A stretch of DNA of 40,230 nucleotides from Hormoscilla sp. (GTDB lineage: Bacteria > Cyanobacteriota > Cyanobacteriia > Cyanobacteriales > Desertifilaceae): NCBI GenBank assembly GCA_051439505.1, contig JBFRWI010000195.1:1-40230 (forward strand). Direction: 5' to 3'. Below are positions 7,492 through 16,966 of the stretch, piece by piece. A program made the translations under genes and the position numbers. The first letter of the stretch is position 1. Every line of letters begins with the position of its first letter. The notes below the pieces were generated by a model. The model did no database searches, was not told the DNA's origin, and worked only from the letters and a program-made list of their open reading frames with translations.

Positions 7492-7790
7492 CTCATATCT
7501 TGCACCATTCTAAACTAGAGGCGGAGCCTCGATAGCCCGTTCCCCGGCGGAGCCAGGGAACGAGGGGAAAACGCTTTCTCGATAATGTTTCCAGTGGGTT
7601 TTAACCCACTTTAGCTATTAGCCGGGGGTTTTAACCCCCGGCGGACCAGGAGACTAATTGAGCGAGGGGAAAACGCTTTCTCGATAATGTTTCCAGTGGG
7701 TTTTAACCCACTTGAGCTATTAGCCGGGGGTTTTAACCCCCGGCGGGCCAGGAGACTAATTGACTAATTGAAAATGGTGCAATATTTCAG
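7492..7790. mobile_element. composite MITE-like element containing a ~102-bp tandem duplication of REP hairpins
   Basis: Imperfect 16-bp terminal repeats CTCATATCTTGCACCA / TGGTGCAATATTTCAG; tandem units 7561-7662 and 7663-7763. Confidence 0.7.
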
Positions 7791-7796
7791 TTTCAA

Positions 7797-8735
7797 TTAA
7801 CCGTAGATTGCTGCTTCTAGACGATTTGCTAAATCGATAATATCATCTTTTCTCGCAATTTCTTCCATCCATTCTGTCGGAATGTTTTCTACCCCGTAGT
7901 AAATTCCTGCTAAACCACCCGTTACAGCACCCGTCGTATCGGTATCGCCTCCCAAATTCACTGCTTTCAGGACTGCTTCTGCATAAGAACCTGTTGTTAA
8001 AAAACACCATAACGCTGCTTCGAGAGTATCTATTACATAGCCACCTGACTTAATTTCATCCATTGATAAACTATCGATCGCGCCACTGCCTACTCGTTCA
8101 AACCGATACATTTCTATAGCATACTTTCTTGGTGAATATATTTCTTTTACCGTTTCAATCCCTTGGAGATACGCTGCTTTTGCTTCTAACCCTTGCAGCA
8201 AACAAACGGCTATGCTAATATAAATACCGCAGGCGATTTGCGATCGGGCGTGACCGTGAGTAATGCAAGAACAGTCATGCACCCGCTGCATTAATTCTGG
8301 AAAATCGAGGGTTTGGTGATAGAAAGCAAGGGGCAAAATTCGCATCAGGGAACCATTGCCATTACTTCTTTCATCAGTCCCCCCCGCTTTCACAGGATCG
8401 ACTCCCTTTAGCAGACTTTCAATAGCATTGCGGGTTGTACCGCCAATGTCGAAGACCTTGCCGTGGGGAGTCCAATATGCCTCATTGTACCAGCGACAAA
8501 AGGATTGAGCGATCGCCCTTAAATCGAACCCCTGACAGAGAGAGTCTGCCAAGCACAAAGTCAGGGAACTATCATCCGACCAAGTGCCCGGAGGTTGGTT
8601 ATAAGTACCATAACCGATCATCCTTGTCACGGGTGCCTGTAGTCGTGCCGCCCGACTGGTAAATTCCACTGGCACCCCTAAGGCATCCCCGACACAGACA
8701 CCCATCAAACCAGACAATACTTTTGAATTTCTCAT
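7797..8735 (-). CDS. ADP-ribosylglycohydrolase (DraG family)
   Basis: VGDALGVP, WSDDS, GNGSLMR, THGH and GGDTDTTGAVTG motifs. Confidence 0.95.
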   Translation of the reverse strand: MRNSKVLSGLMGVCVGDALGVPVEFTSRAARLQAPVTRMIGYGTYNQPPGTWSDDSSLTLCLADSLCQGFDLRAIAQSFCRWYNEAYWTPHGKVFDIGGTTRNAIESLLKGVDPVKAGGTDERSNGNGSLMRILPLAFYHQTLDFPELMQRVHDCSCITHGHARSQIACGIYISIAVCLLQGLEAKAAYLQGIETVKEIYSPRKYAIEMYRFERVGSGAIDSLSMDEIKSGGYVIDTLEAALWCFLTTGSYAEAVLKAVNLGGDTDTTGAVTGGLAGIYYGVENIPTEWMEEIARKDDIIDLANRLEAAIYG

Positions 8736-8739
8736 GTGA

Positions 8740-9813
8740 TTAACTTAAAGCTTCCGAGAGATAATCAGCAGTAGCTTCAACTACCGCGATCGCATTTTCA
8801 TAAACCATCCGAGTTGGTCCTAAAACCCCTACACTTCCCACAGGTACTGCACCTTTACAGTAGCGAGAGGCAATCAAAGTACAGCTGCGCATCGGTTCCA
8901 AGGGATTCTCAGAACCAATCCATACATTCACTCCTCTGCCCGTGCCTTCCACATCCGGGTCTTCAAAAATTAACGGCCATAGCTGTAATGGTTCTTTTTC
9001 TAACAGTTCCAGTATAGTCTGAACTTGTTGCAGTTGAGCAAATTCTGGCTGCCGCAACACCTCCGCGACACCATATATCCACAATTGGGTAGCAGATGGA
9101 GACTGACTGCGACGGCTTAACTCTGTCAGCAATGACCGCAAAAACTCCGCATACTTTTCAAATTCTAGGTCTAACTCACCCCAGTCTAACTTCGCTAATT
9201 CTCCCAGCGATCGCCCCCGCAACTGGCTATTCAAAAAGTTAGATAAAATCTGCAATTCTCGTTCTACTATTTCCCCATCTGGTTCCTCCTCATCCCCTGC
9301 TGGAGATAATTCCATCAAGGATGACTGAGTTTCGTAGGTATCCGTCACCACAATCAACATTACCCTTTTCGGGTCTACCTGCACCAACTGCACGTGATGT
9401 ACTCGCGTCGTACTTGTCTGGGGCATCGTAATCAGGGTAATATACCCACTCAAGTGAGACAGAATTTGAGCCGCACCTCTGAGCAATGCTTCAAAACTCC
9501 AGTCATCCCCTAAAAATCGATCGCGTAGTAATTTCTCTACCTCTCTCCCCGTAGCTTCATTAGGCGTCATCAACTGGTTCACATAAATGCGATAACCAGA
9601 ATCAGAAGGCACCCGCCCCGCCGAGGTATAAGGTTGATAGAGTAGCCCCGCCTTTTCTAAAAAGCCCAGGCACGATCGAATGGTCGCCGGGCTAACTGCA
9701 AAATCGTATTCTTTTACTAGAGATTTCGAGCCCACGGGTTCAGCGGTGGCAATGTACTGACGCACTGTTGCCTTCAGAACCCGTTGCTGCCTGCTATTGA
9801 GGTTATATTCCAT
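8740..9813 (-). CDS. hrcA: heat-inducible transcription repressor HrcA
   Basis: [34 protein letters not shown] and GVLGPTRM motifs. Confidence 0.97.
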   Translation of the reverse strand: MEYNLNSRQQRVLKATVRQYIATAEPVGSKSLVKEYDFAVSPATIRSCLGFLEKAGLLYQPYTSAGRVPSDSGYRIYVNQLMTPNEATGREVEKLLRDRFLGDDWSFEALLRGAAQILSHLSGYITLITMPQTSTTRVHHVQLVQVDPKRVMLIVVTDTYETQSSLMELSPAGDEEEPDGEIVERELQILSNFLNSQLRGRSLGELAKLDWGELDLEFEKYAEFLRSLLTELSRRSQSPSATQLWIYGVAEVLRQPEFAQLQQVQTILELLEKEPLQLWPLIFEDPDVEGTGRGVNVWIGSENPLEPMRSCTLIASRYCKGAVPVGSVGVLGPTRMVYENAIAVVEATADYLSEALS

Positions 9814-9941
9814 TTGAGTCTGTTGCCCTATTTTCTTGCGCTATTGTCCAGCCCTTCTCCTGCTTCTGTGGCGAGCATTTGTGGCTCAACCAGAATTATT
9901 TACTCAATATAGCAGCTATTCTCTTCCTTGCGGCACCCGCC

Positions 9942-10301
9942 TTAATAGCGAGGAACCGTCCGATCGACCAGTATCGAGTAAGCATCGATCCCGCCCGCCA
10001 GGTTTTTGACCTTGGTAAAACCTTGCTCTCTCAGCCACCGACACATTTGGGCCGAACGGATCCCGTGATGACACATGACTATCGTTTCGGCGTCCTTGTC
10101 GAAGCGAGAGTGAATATCAGCAGACCATTCCTCAAACCGACTCAAAGGGAGAACTTCAAAGCCTGCAATGGAGGCCATCTGCACTTCCAAAGGTTCTCGC
10201 ACATCCAGCAACTGTAAATTTTCGGTGGATGTCGCTATACACTGTCCCAGTTCTTGGACAGTTATTTCTTGAATAGGTTGACTGCTATCTTTAAAAGACA
10301 T
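9942..10301 (-). CDS. rhodanese-like domain protein
   Basis: LLDVREPLE, CHHGIRS and NLAGGIDAY motifs. Confidence 0.93.
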   Translation of the reverse strand: MSFKDSSQPIQEITVQELGQCIATSTENLQLLDVREPLEVQMASIAGFEVLPLSRFEEWSADIHSRFDKDAETIVMCHHGIRSAQMCRWLREQGFTKVKNLAGGIDAYSILVDRTVPRY

Positions 10302-10406
10302 CTCTTTTGAATGGGTAATGATAGTTTTGGGTATCTATTATACCATTTGCCTCTACTAACTTTGGGCCTTACTAATGGTATCATCAATCTGCAAATTCTG
10401 GGCAGC

Positions 10407-10841
10407 TTACGAGCGATAGTAACGCTTCAGCGGCGGTAATTCCCTATCCAAAAATTCCGAGAATAAAGAAATTCGATCCTCTGTCTCCTGTGAAGCAGCG
10501 CTAGCTTCTTCCGACCCCGCTTCCTGTTCAAAAGCCACTGACTGGAAAGGTGACTGCCGGCGTGGTGCTGTCTCCCTTGAGGATTTAGAGTTGGCCTGGT
10601 TTTGCTGGCGCTGCTGGCGTTCTTGCATATACTTCTGAAATATCTCCTGACGGTGAGCCATATACTTCGACCAAAAACCAGGATCTAACTCATCCATTGT
10701 ACTGGCAAGGGATGAAAATTCGATCGACATTATGTTATGTAATCTCCGATCGGCCTTGTGCAATGCTTCAATCAGCGGTGCCATATCGCGGCCTAAATCC
10801 AGCAGCCGGTCTTCCATATCTTTTCTGTGGCTAGATCCCAT
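10407..10841 (-). CDS. hypothetical protein
   Basis: 144-aa ORF with GGGAGG RBS and protein-like composition. Confidence 0.7.
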   Translation of the reverse strand: MGSSHRKDMEDRLLDLGRDMAPLIEALHKADRRLHNIMSIEFSSLASTMDELDPGFWSKYMAHRQEIFQKYMQERQQRQQNQANSKSSRETAPRRQSPFQSVAFEQEAGSEEASAASQETEDRISLFSEFLDRELPPLKRYYRS

Positions 10842-10862
10842 TAGAGATGCCTCCCTTATACT

Positions 10863-11542
10863 TCAGCCTTTTCCCCGGAACCAAGAATTAACATTTGCCA
10901 GATGTGGATCTATACCTAGGATTGCCAAATCTGCTGCTGCTGGTCTATAAGGTTCTCCACAATGCTAACAAACCCGACGCACTAACCGCTGGGCGACAAT
11001 ACCTAACAGGGCGTCACTGATTAACCCCGGATCTGGACCGATATCTTTCAAGCGGGGAATGGCCCCGACAGCATCGTTAGTGTGCAGGGTAGTAAATACT
11101 AGGTGACCAGTAAGTGCCGCCCGCACCGCTGTCTCTGCCGTTTCGCTGTCTCTAATTTCCCCTACCATGATTATATCCGGGTCTTGGCGGAGGATCGATC
11201 GCAAGCCCGCAGCAAAGGTCATGCCTGCTCGTTCATGTACCTGGGTTTGGGTAATACCAGATAGGACATACTCCACTGGATCTTCTACTGTTACCACATT
11301 TACCTGCTCGGTGGCAACAGCTTGCAGGCTAGTATAGAGGGTACTGGTTTTACCCGAACCTGTCGGACCTGTGAGGATGATCGTTCGAGTGAGTACCCTG
11401 CCCTGCGTGGGCGGCGAAAAAGCCGTAATTCGCTTACTGCCTCGGAAAAACCCCTTTACTCGGATCGAAGACCTGGGGTTCACTCCCGAAACACTGCCCA
11501 TCTACAAAAGCTAGTTAGAACAACCCCAAGGAATGATCATCC
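10863..11542 (-). pseudogene. GspE/PilB-family ATPase pseudogene with internal inversion
   Basis: Minus strand: [29 protein letters not shown], then VC*HC and RGKG*. The upstream part [18 protein letters not shown]...KS*LEQPQGMII lies on the plus strand at 11383-11542. Confidence 0.9.
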
Positions 11543-12093
11543 GTTATATAAGACTTACCCAAAAGTACCCACACTGTCCCACGTATATATTTTATCCCAT
11601 CAATAATTATCTCACAAAAACCTGCTAGATCTCAAGTTGAAAAATATCTAGTATAGCCTGTTCGCCCTTAGCAAAAAAGTAAAATCCTGATTCTTGCACA
11701 TTTTTACCGATGATCGCAGCCAATTTTTCAACTTTGCTAATGGTTAATTGCTAATTGAAAAGAGTAAAGCTATCTATTCATTACTACAAATGACGTTCTC
11801 AATTAACCATTAACAATAGCGCTCCTGCGTCGCGCACTTCGTCCTCTGCAATTAGCAGCCAGAATCATCCCGGAGTTGTGCAACGCCCCTGATTAAATAA
11901 AACGAGTATTGCTTGCTTCAGAAAGCGATCGCAGATCTGGGATATAGAATATAATCAGTTGTCGGTTGGATTTGCGAAACCAAACTCGCGAGATGTGATT
12001 GTGGCGATCGCACCTGCAATCAAAAATCATACCGACCTCAAGCGGGACAGCATGCTGTCTCGGCTGAAGTTGGCACAGATATAAACTTAAAAT

Positions 12094-13362
12094 TCAGTTA
12101 ACACTATCGGGATAATTATGGTCTGGGTTAACCAGCTGCAGAAGTTTTTGCTTCACTTGCATGTCGTAAACGCTCCACTTGAGCTTAGCGTATTCCGAGT
12201 TATCATTAGAGCCAGAGAGGAAGCCTAAAGGAATCTCAAACCCGCCAGCGCCAGTCCGTCCGCCGCCGAAGAACCGTCCTTGACCATCTTGACCAAAAGC
12301 TTCTTTAATAAATTCATCCGGGTCGAGGGTAATCTTAGTCGTGCGCAGGGACCCAATTACCACTTCGATATTTTCGCTATCATCGCGGACAATTCCGTAA
12401 ACAACCGCACTGTGGACATTTTCCTCAGTCACCAGAAAATCAGCCGCTTGGGGAATAGCATCTCGGTCTTCGTAGCGCAAATAGCCTACCCCAGCAATGG
12501 AAAAATTATTCTGCACCTGGCGATTTCTCAGCGATCGCTCGATCACTTCCATGACCCGCTTAGAACGAGAAGTCTGTAACACCACATCCAGTAACTTAGA
12601 GTCATAGAAGCGACTCAAATAGGCAGCAGCCAGAAAATCATCTTCCAACGCTTGCCGGAGATTATTAGTATCCGAGCGAATGCCATGCATCAAAGCCGTG
12701 GCACAATTAACATGTTGGCTAATGCTCGTATCCAAATTAAGTAACCCAGCTTGCAGGTACTGAGTCACGATCGTCGCCGTAGCGCGAAAGTCAGGACGCA
12801 AGTCAGCAAACTCCGCTTGTAAGTCTGTTTGCGCCGAATGATGGTCGATCGCCACCACCACGGGAATGCCAGCTTGCCGTACCAAAGCCGTCAATTGGCT
12901 AGTAGTTCCCTGATTATCGATGAAGACGCAGCCCTGATAGATAGATAAATCTTTATTTTTAGCAGTTTGGAGGGTCCAGCGCTGCACTGGCAAATTAGTC
13001 AGTTTCACCAGAGCCACATTTTCCTGATGGCTGAGAGTGCCAGCATAGACAATATCACTTTGGATATCGTACTCTTGAGCAATCAATTTGTAAGCCCAGG
13101 CACAGGAAAGGGCGTCTGGGTCGGGAAAATCTTGGATCACGATCAAGTGGCGATCGCCCCGATGTTTTTCCAAGGTCTGGCGCAAAGCCTCCACCTGCTT
13201 ACTAACAGAACTAGGAGATTGTACGACAGCATTATCTGGATCTAATGAACAGGCTAGATCTCGTCTGAGGTCAGCAGCTTGCTCCTGGGATAGAGACTCG
13301 GGTGTTGTCGGTGGCATAAACTTTTCTGGTTCAAACAGCCTTGACTGACTTACCATCGGCAA
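12094..13362 (-). CDS. DHH-family phosphoesterase (NrnA-like)
   Basis: DFPDPDA, IDN, IDHH, GIRSDT and GGGR..AGG motifs; start uncertain. Confidence 0.92.
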   Translation of the reverse strand: MPMVSQSRLFEPEKFMPPTTPESLSQEQAADLRRDLACSLDPDNAVVQSPSSVSKQVEALRQTLEKHRGDRHLIVIQDFPDPDALSCAWAYKLIAQEYDIQSDIVYAGTLSHQENVALVKLTNLPVQRWTLQTAKNKDLSIYQGCVFIDNQGTTSQLTALVRQAGIPVVVAIDHHSAQTDLQAEFADLRPDFRATATIVTQYLQAGLLNLDTSISQHVNCATALMHGIRSDTNNLRQALEDDFLAAAYLSRFYDSKLLDVVLQTSRSKRVMEVIERSLRNRQVQNNFSIAGVGYLRYEDRDAIPQAADFLVTEENVHSAVVYGIVRDDSENIEVVIGSLRTTKITLDPDEFIKEAFGQDGQGRFFGGGRTGAGGFEIPLGFLSGSNDNSEYAKLKWSVYDMQVKQKLLQLVNPDHNYPDSVN

Positions 13363-13444
13363 GCCAAAGTCACCGAAAAGCCAGCGCTGCCGTAATTTTA
13401 GCCTTCAACACCCAATTTGGCAAAAACCTCCCTTTTCTCCCAGC

Positions 13445-13472
13445 AAAAACCCCCTGAAAATCTCAGGGGGTT
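13445..13472 (-). terminator. intrinsic terminator after the HNH gene
   Basis: AACCCCCTGA/TCAGGGGGTT stem with a T-run on the minus strand. Confidence 0.6.
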
Positions 13473-13968
13473 AAAAGCCGATCACATATTTTCTCCATTC
13501 GCTGTGGGTGCCACTCTTGATATACTTGGTCACCTCAAAATAGAGACTGCTGTAAGGTCGGCCTGGGGGGTTACGTAGTTTCATGTTAGCTTCTTCTGGT
13601 GTACGGTTTCCTTTTTTGATGTTACAGCGGACACAAGCAGTGACAATATTTTGCCAACTCTCCCCGCCGCCACGCGATCGGGGGAAGACATGGTCCAAAG
13701 TCAAATCATCTCCAGAATATCCACAGTATTGACAAGAGTGACCGTCACGATGCAAGATATTCCGACGAGTGAGAGCGATTTCCTTATAGGGAACCCGGAT
13801 ATAGTGACGCAGTCGAATAACCGTTGGTAGGGGAAACTCTGCATACAGGTATTTACTGGTATGTTCTACCTGTTCTGCTTTGCCCTTGATCAATAAGACA
13901 ACCGCCCGCCGCCAGCTGGTGATGTTGAGCGGTTCATAGGAGGCATTCAACACCAGAACCTTGCTCAT
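13471..13968 (-). CDS. HNH endonuclease family protein
   Basis: MSKVLVLNASYEPL, RDGHSCQYCG, TLDHVFPRSRGG and ACVRCNIKKG; start ATG 13968. Confidence 0.93.
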   Translation of the reverse strand: MSKVLVLNASYEPLNITSWRRAVVLLIKGKAEQVEHTSKYLYAEFPLPTVIRLRHYIRVPYKEIALTRRNILHRDGHSCQYCGYSGDDLTLDHVFPRSRGGGESWQNIVTACVRCNIKKGNRTPEEANMKLRNPPGRPYSSLYFEVTKYIKSGTHSEWRKYVIGF

Positions 13969-14222
13969 TGATTTTAGCCTACGAATTTCTTTTAGCTTAA
14001 CACAGCCAGTAGGGTGGGCACCTACCACCAGCTGCCACCACCAGCGACAGATCGCGTTTATCCAAAAACATGCTACAATTAATATCTCTATCTTATGAAC
14101 CTCCTTTTACTGCTTTACCTGGTAATTTTGGGATGATAACCACATAATAAATAAATATAACTGTAGCAATACTTTTTATAATCCTCATAACAGCTGCGCA
14201 GATATCACCAAGTTAGCCATCC

Positions 14223-15419
14223 ATGAAGAGCCCGAAGTCAACCCCCCTGAGAACATCCAGTCCCAGTCTGACATCCCGGCAGTGCGATCGCGCAGCTTTC
14301 AGCAGGAATCGCGCCTGGGTGGAAATTGACTTAACTGCATTAGCACATAATACGCGAAAAGTCAAGCAAATTTTAGCGCCAGGGACAGATCTGATGGCGG
14401 TAGTCAAGGCAGATGCCTACGGTCACGGAGCCGTTACCGTTGCCGAGACCGTGCTAGCAGCCGGTGCTAGCTGGCTGGGAGTGGCAACTATTCCCGAAGG
14501 GATAGAACTGCGAGAAGCAGGCATTAAGGCCCCAATTCTGATATTAGGGGCAGTCAACGCTCCCGAAGAAATCCAGGCGATCGCCCATTGGCAGCTGCAA
14601 CCAACCCTGTGCAACCCCAAGCAAGCTTTAGTATTTTCCGAGACCTTGGCATCTGTGGGTAAAAGTCTACCGGTACATCTGACACTGGATACGGGAATGT
14701 CCCGACTGGGTACAGCTTGGACCGAAGCCGCAGAGTTTGCCAGACTGGTAGAGCGATCGCCCCATTTAGAAATAGCCAGCATCTATTCCCATCTGGCCAC
14801 AGCAGACAGTCGGGATCCCAGGATAATCAACCAGCAGCATCAGCGGTTTCGCCAGGCGATCGGGCAGATAAGTGCCGCTGGCATAACCCCACCCAAACTA
14901 CATATTGCCAACTCAGCCGCTACCTTAAGGGACCCCAGCTTGCATTACGATCTAGTACGAGTCGGATTAGCGCTCTATGGTTTACATCCAGCAGCAGATC
15001 TGGAGCGAGTGGTCTCACTCAAACCAGTCATGGAAGTAAAAGCGCGAGTAACGCAAATAAAAAAGATTGCTGCCGGAACCGGTGTCAGCTACGGTTATCA
15101 ATATATCGCCCCAGGGGATATGAAGCTAGCAGTAGTGGGCATTGGCTATGCAGACGGCGTCCCCCGTAACCTTTCTAACCAGATGCAAGCAAGTATCCGA
15201 GGTCAACTGGTACCGCAAGTGGGAGCAATTACAATGGATCAGCTGATGCTAGACGTGAGTGCTATTGACGACTTACAGATAGGAGAAGCAGTCACCCTCT
15301 TAGGGCAAGATGGAGATATAGAAATTTCCGCAGATGATTGGGCTACCATGCTAGGGACTATTTCCTGGGAAATTCTCTGTAGCTTCAGACATCGGCTGCC
15401 CCGGGTCGCCCGACGGTGA
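14223..15419 (+). CDS. alr: alanine racemase
   Basis: AVVKADAYGHG PLP-lysine motif, DTGMSRLG, GVSYG and GYADG. Confidence 0.97.
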   Translation: MKSPKSTPLRTSSPSLTSRQCDRAAFSRNRAWVEIDLTALAHNTRKVKQILAPGTDLMAVVKADAYGHGAVTVAETVLAAGASWLGVATIPEGIELREAGIKAPILILGAVNAPEEIQAIAHWQLQPTLCNPKQALVFSETLASVGKSLPVHLTLDTGMSRLGTAWTEAAEFARLVERSPHLEIASIYSHLATADSRDPRIINQQHQRFRQAIGQISAAGITPPKLHIANSAATLRDPSLHYDLVRVGLALYGLHPAADLERVVSLKPVMEVKARVTQIKKIAAGTGVSYGYQYIAPGDMKLAVVGIGYADGVPRNLSNQMQASIRGQLVPQVGAITMDQLMLDVSAIDDLQIGEAVTLLGQDGDIEISADDWATMLGTISWEILCSFRHRLPRVARR

Positions 15420-15449
15420 CCGGAGACCAGTAGCTAAAACGGCGCTACC

Positions 15450-16601
15450 ATGACGTATATTAATCCCACATTGCTAGACGAAGTCAGAGGTTTAAGACTG
15501 ACTGACGAGGAGAAACAGCATATTCTCAGCAAAATGCATCCAGCAGCCCCAGACGGTTACAGATATGCCGATGCCGTGTTTGAAGGGGGGGGCATCAAAG
15601 GCATAGCCCTATTAGGGGCCCTGCGCTGCTGCGACGATCTCGGTCTGCGCTGGCAGAAGCTAGCAGGCAGTTCTTCGGGTTCCCTCACCGCTGCCCTGCT
15701 AGCAGCCAACTTTCCCATCGATCGGTTAGAACAGGAACTGGGTGAGTTGGACTACATGCAGTTTCTCAAACAGAAAACCAGTCCTTTGATTTTCAGTGGC
15801 GACCCCCGAGATGACATGCAGTTTCCCTTCTGGATGCTGTTTTTCCTCTTAGTCACCAGACGTTTGGGACAATATTCCTCAGAACCCCTGCACCGTTGGG
15901 TAGCCTCAACCCTAAAGTCCCGTAATATCGAAACCTTTACAGACCTCATTAAGGGAGAAAAGCAACTCAAGGTAGTGGCTTCCGATATCAGCCGGCGGGA
16001 GATGCTGCTGCTACCCGACGACCTCAACCCCGCAGTGCCAAACTTAGACGACCAAGACCGGGCCGTGCGGGAAAAGCTCCTGAGTATTTGCGGCTTGGAA
16101 AATTATCTTGACTTTACCGTCGCTGAAGCAGTACGACTGTCGCTGAGCATACCCCTGTTTTTTGAACCGGGAAGACTCGGTGACTATCTAATTCTGGATG
16201 GAGGGCTGTTGAGCAATTTCCCCTTATGGATATATGATGTCGAACAACAGCCAGAGCAACCGGCAGTTGGACCCCGCTGGCCGACCTTTGGTTTCCGTTT
16301 GCTGGACAGGTCAACTGGACGACAATCCCAGATTAAGGGGGTGTTTGACATTTTGGGAGCCTCCTTGAGAACCATGGCTGAAGCTAGAGACAGATATCAC
16401 CTGCGAAAGAGCGATCGGGGCCGGACGATTGAGATAGATGTCACCGATGCTGGGGTGACCACCACCCAGTTCAACGTTAAGCCAGCAGAGAAAGTCAAAC
16501 TCTACCGACTGGGATATGAGTATACGAAAAAATTTTTTCTCTCGAAGTGGAATTGGTCAGAACACTTGATACAGCGTGGTTTCAGCCGTCCCCAACCCTA
16601 G
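15450..16601 (+). CDS. patatin-like phospholipase
   Basis: EGGGIKG, GSSSG and DGGLLSNFP motifs. Confidence 0.92.
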   Translation: MTYINPTLLDEVRGLRLTDEEKQHILSKMHPAAPDGYRYADAVFEGGGIKGIALLGALRCCDDLGLRWQKLAGSSSGSLTAALLAANFPIDRLEQELGELDYMQFLKQKTSPLIFSGDPRDDMQFPFWMLFFLLVTRRLGQYSSEPLHRWVASTLKSRNIETFTDLIKGEKQLKVVASDISRREMLLLPDDLNPAVPNLDDQDRAVREKLLSICGLENYLDFTVAEAVRLSLSIPLFFEPGRLGDYLILDGGLLSNFPLWIYDVEQQPEQPAVGPRWPTFGFRLLDRSTGRQSQIKGVFDILGASLRTMAEARDRYHLRKSDRGRTIEIDVTDAGVTTTQFNVKPAEKVKLYRLGYEYTKKFFLSKWNWSEHLIQRGFSRPQP

Positions 16602-16694
16602 GGGATCGCAGTCATGAAAAAAAATTTTTGGCGCAGACCTTCCCAATTGACGATCTCTGAGCTAGAATCTGTTATAGTAGTAATCAATAGACCA

Positions 16695-16784
16695 GGAGAG
16701 GTGGCTGAGTGGTCGAAAGCGGCAGATTGCTAATCTGTTGACGGAACTAGATTCCGTCCGAGGGTTCAAATCCCTCTCTCTCCG
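16695..16784 (+). tRNA. tRNA-Ser(GCT)
   Basis: Acceptor GGAGAGG/TCTCTCC, anticodon arm GCAGA-TTGCTAA-TCTGT, long variable arm, GGTTCAAATCC T-arm. Confidence 0.97.
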
Positions 16785-16804
16785 TTCCAATCCTCAGCAA
16801 ACTG

Positions 16805-16851
16805 AAGTCAGGGCGATCGCATTTACCACCGGCAGGCGATCGCCCTGACTT
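16805..16851 (+). terminator. HIP1-based hairpin after the tRNA
   Basis: AAGTCAGGGCGATCGC / GCGATCGCCCTGACTT perfect 16-bp stem. Confidence 0.6.
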
Positions 16852-16966
16852 GACGTGCTGTGCTCTTGAGGCACAACGAGTGCGGTTTTTACAAGTTTAT
16901 GTAAAATTGTATTATACAAATCAGCAATGATATCCATGTCGAGCGAGGCGGAGAGCTTATACAAGC

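Noticed and set aside
9814..9941. CIRCE operator upstream of hrcA
   Set aside because: No TTAGCACTC-N9-GAGTGCTAA match was seen.
10965..11501. Intact 178-aa ATPase gene
   Set aside because: Its first ~40 residues are the antisense reading of the inverted segment; the gene is truncated and has internal stops.
13969..14028. Extended HNH N-terminus from GTG 14028
   Set aside because: It lies in a GTAGGGTGGGCA REP remnant; the family-typical start is MSKVLVLN.
13471..16601. HNH plus patatin as an anti-phage (CBASS-like) system
   Set aside because: No cyclase or sensor is present; the genes flank alr and a DHH gene in what looks like core context.
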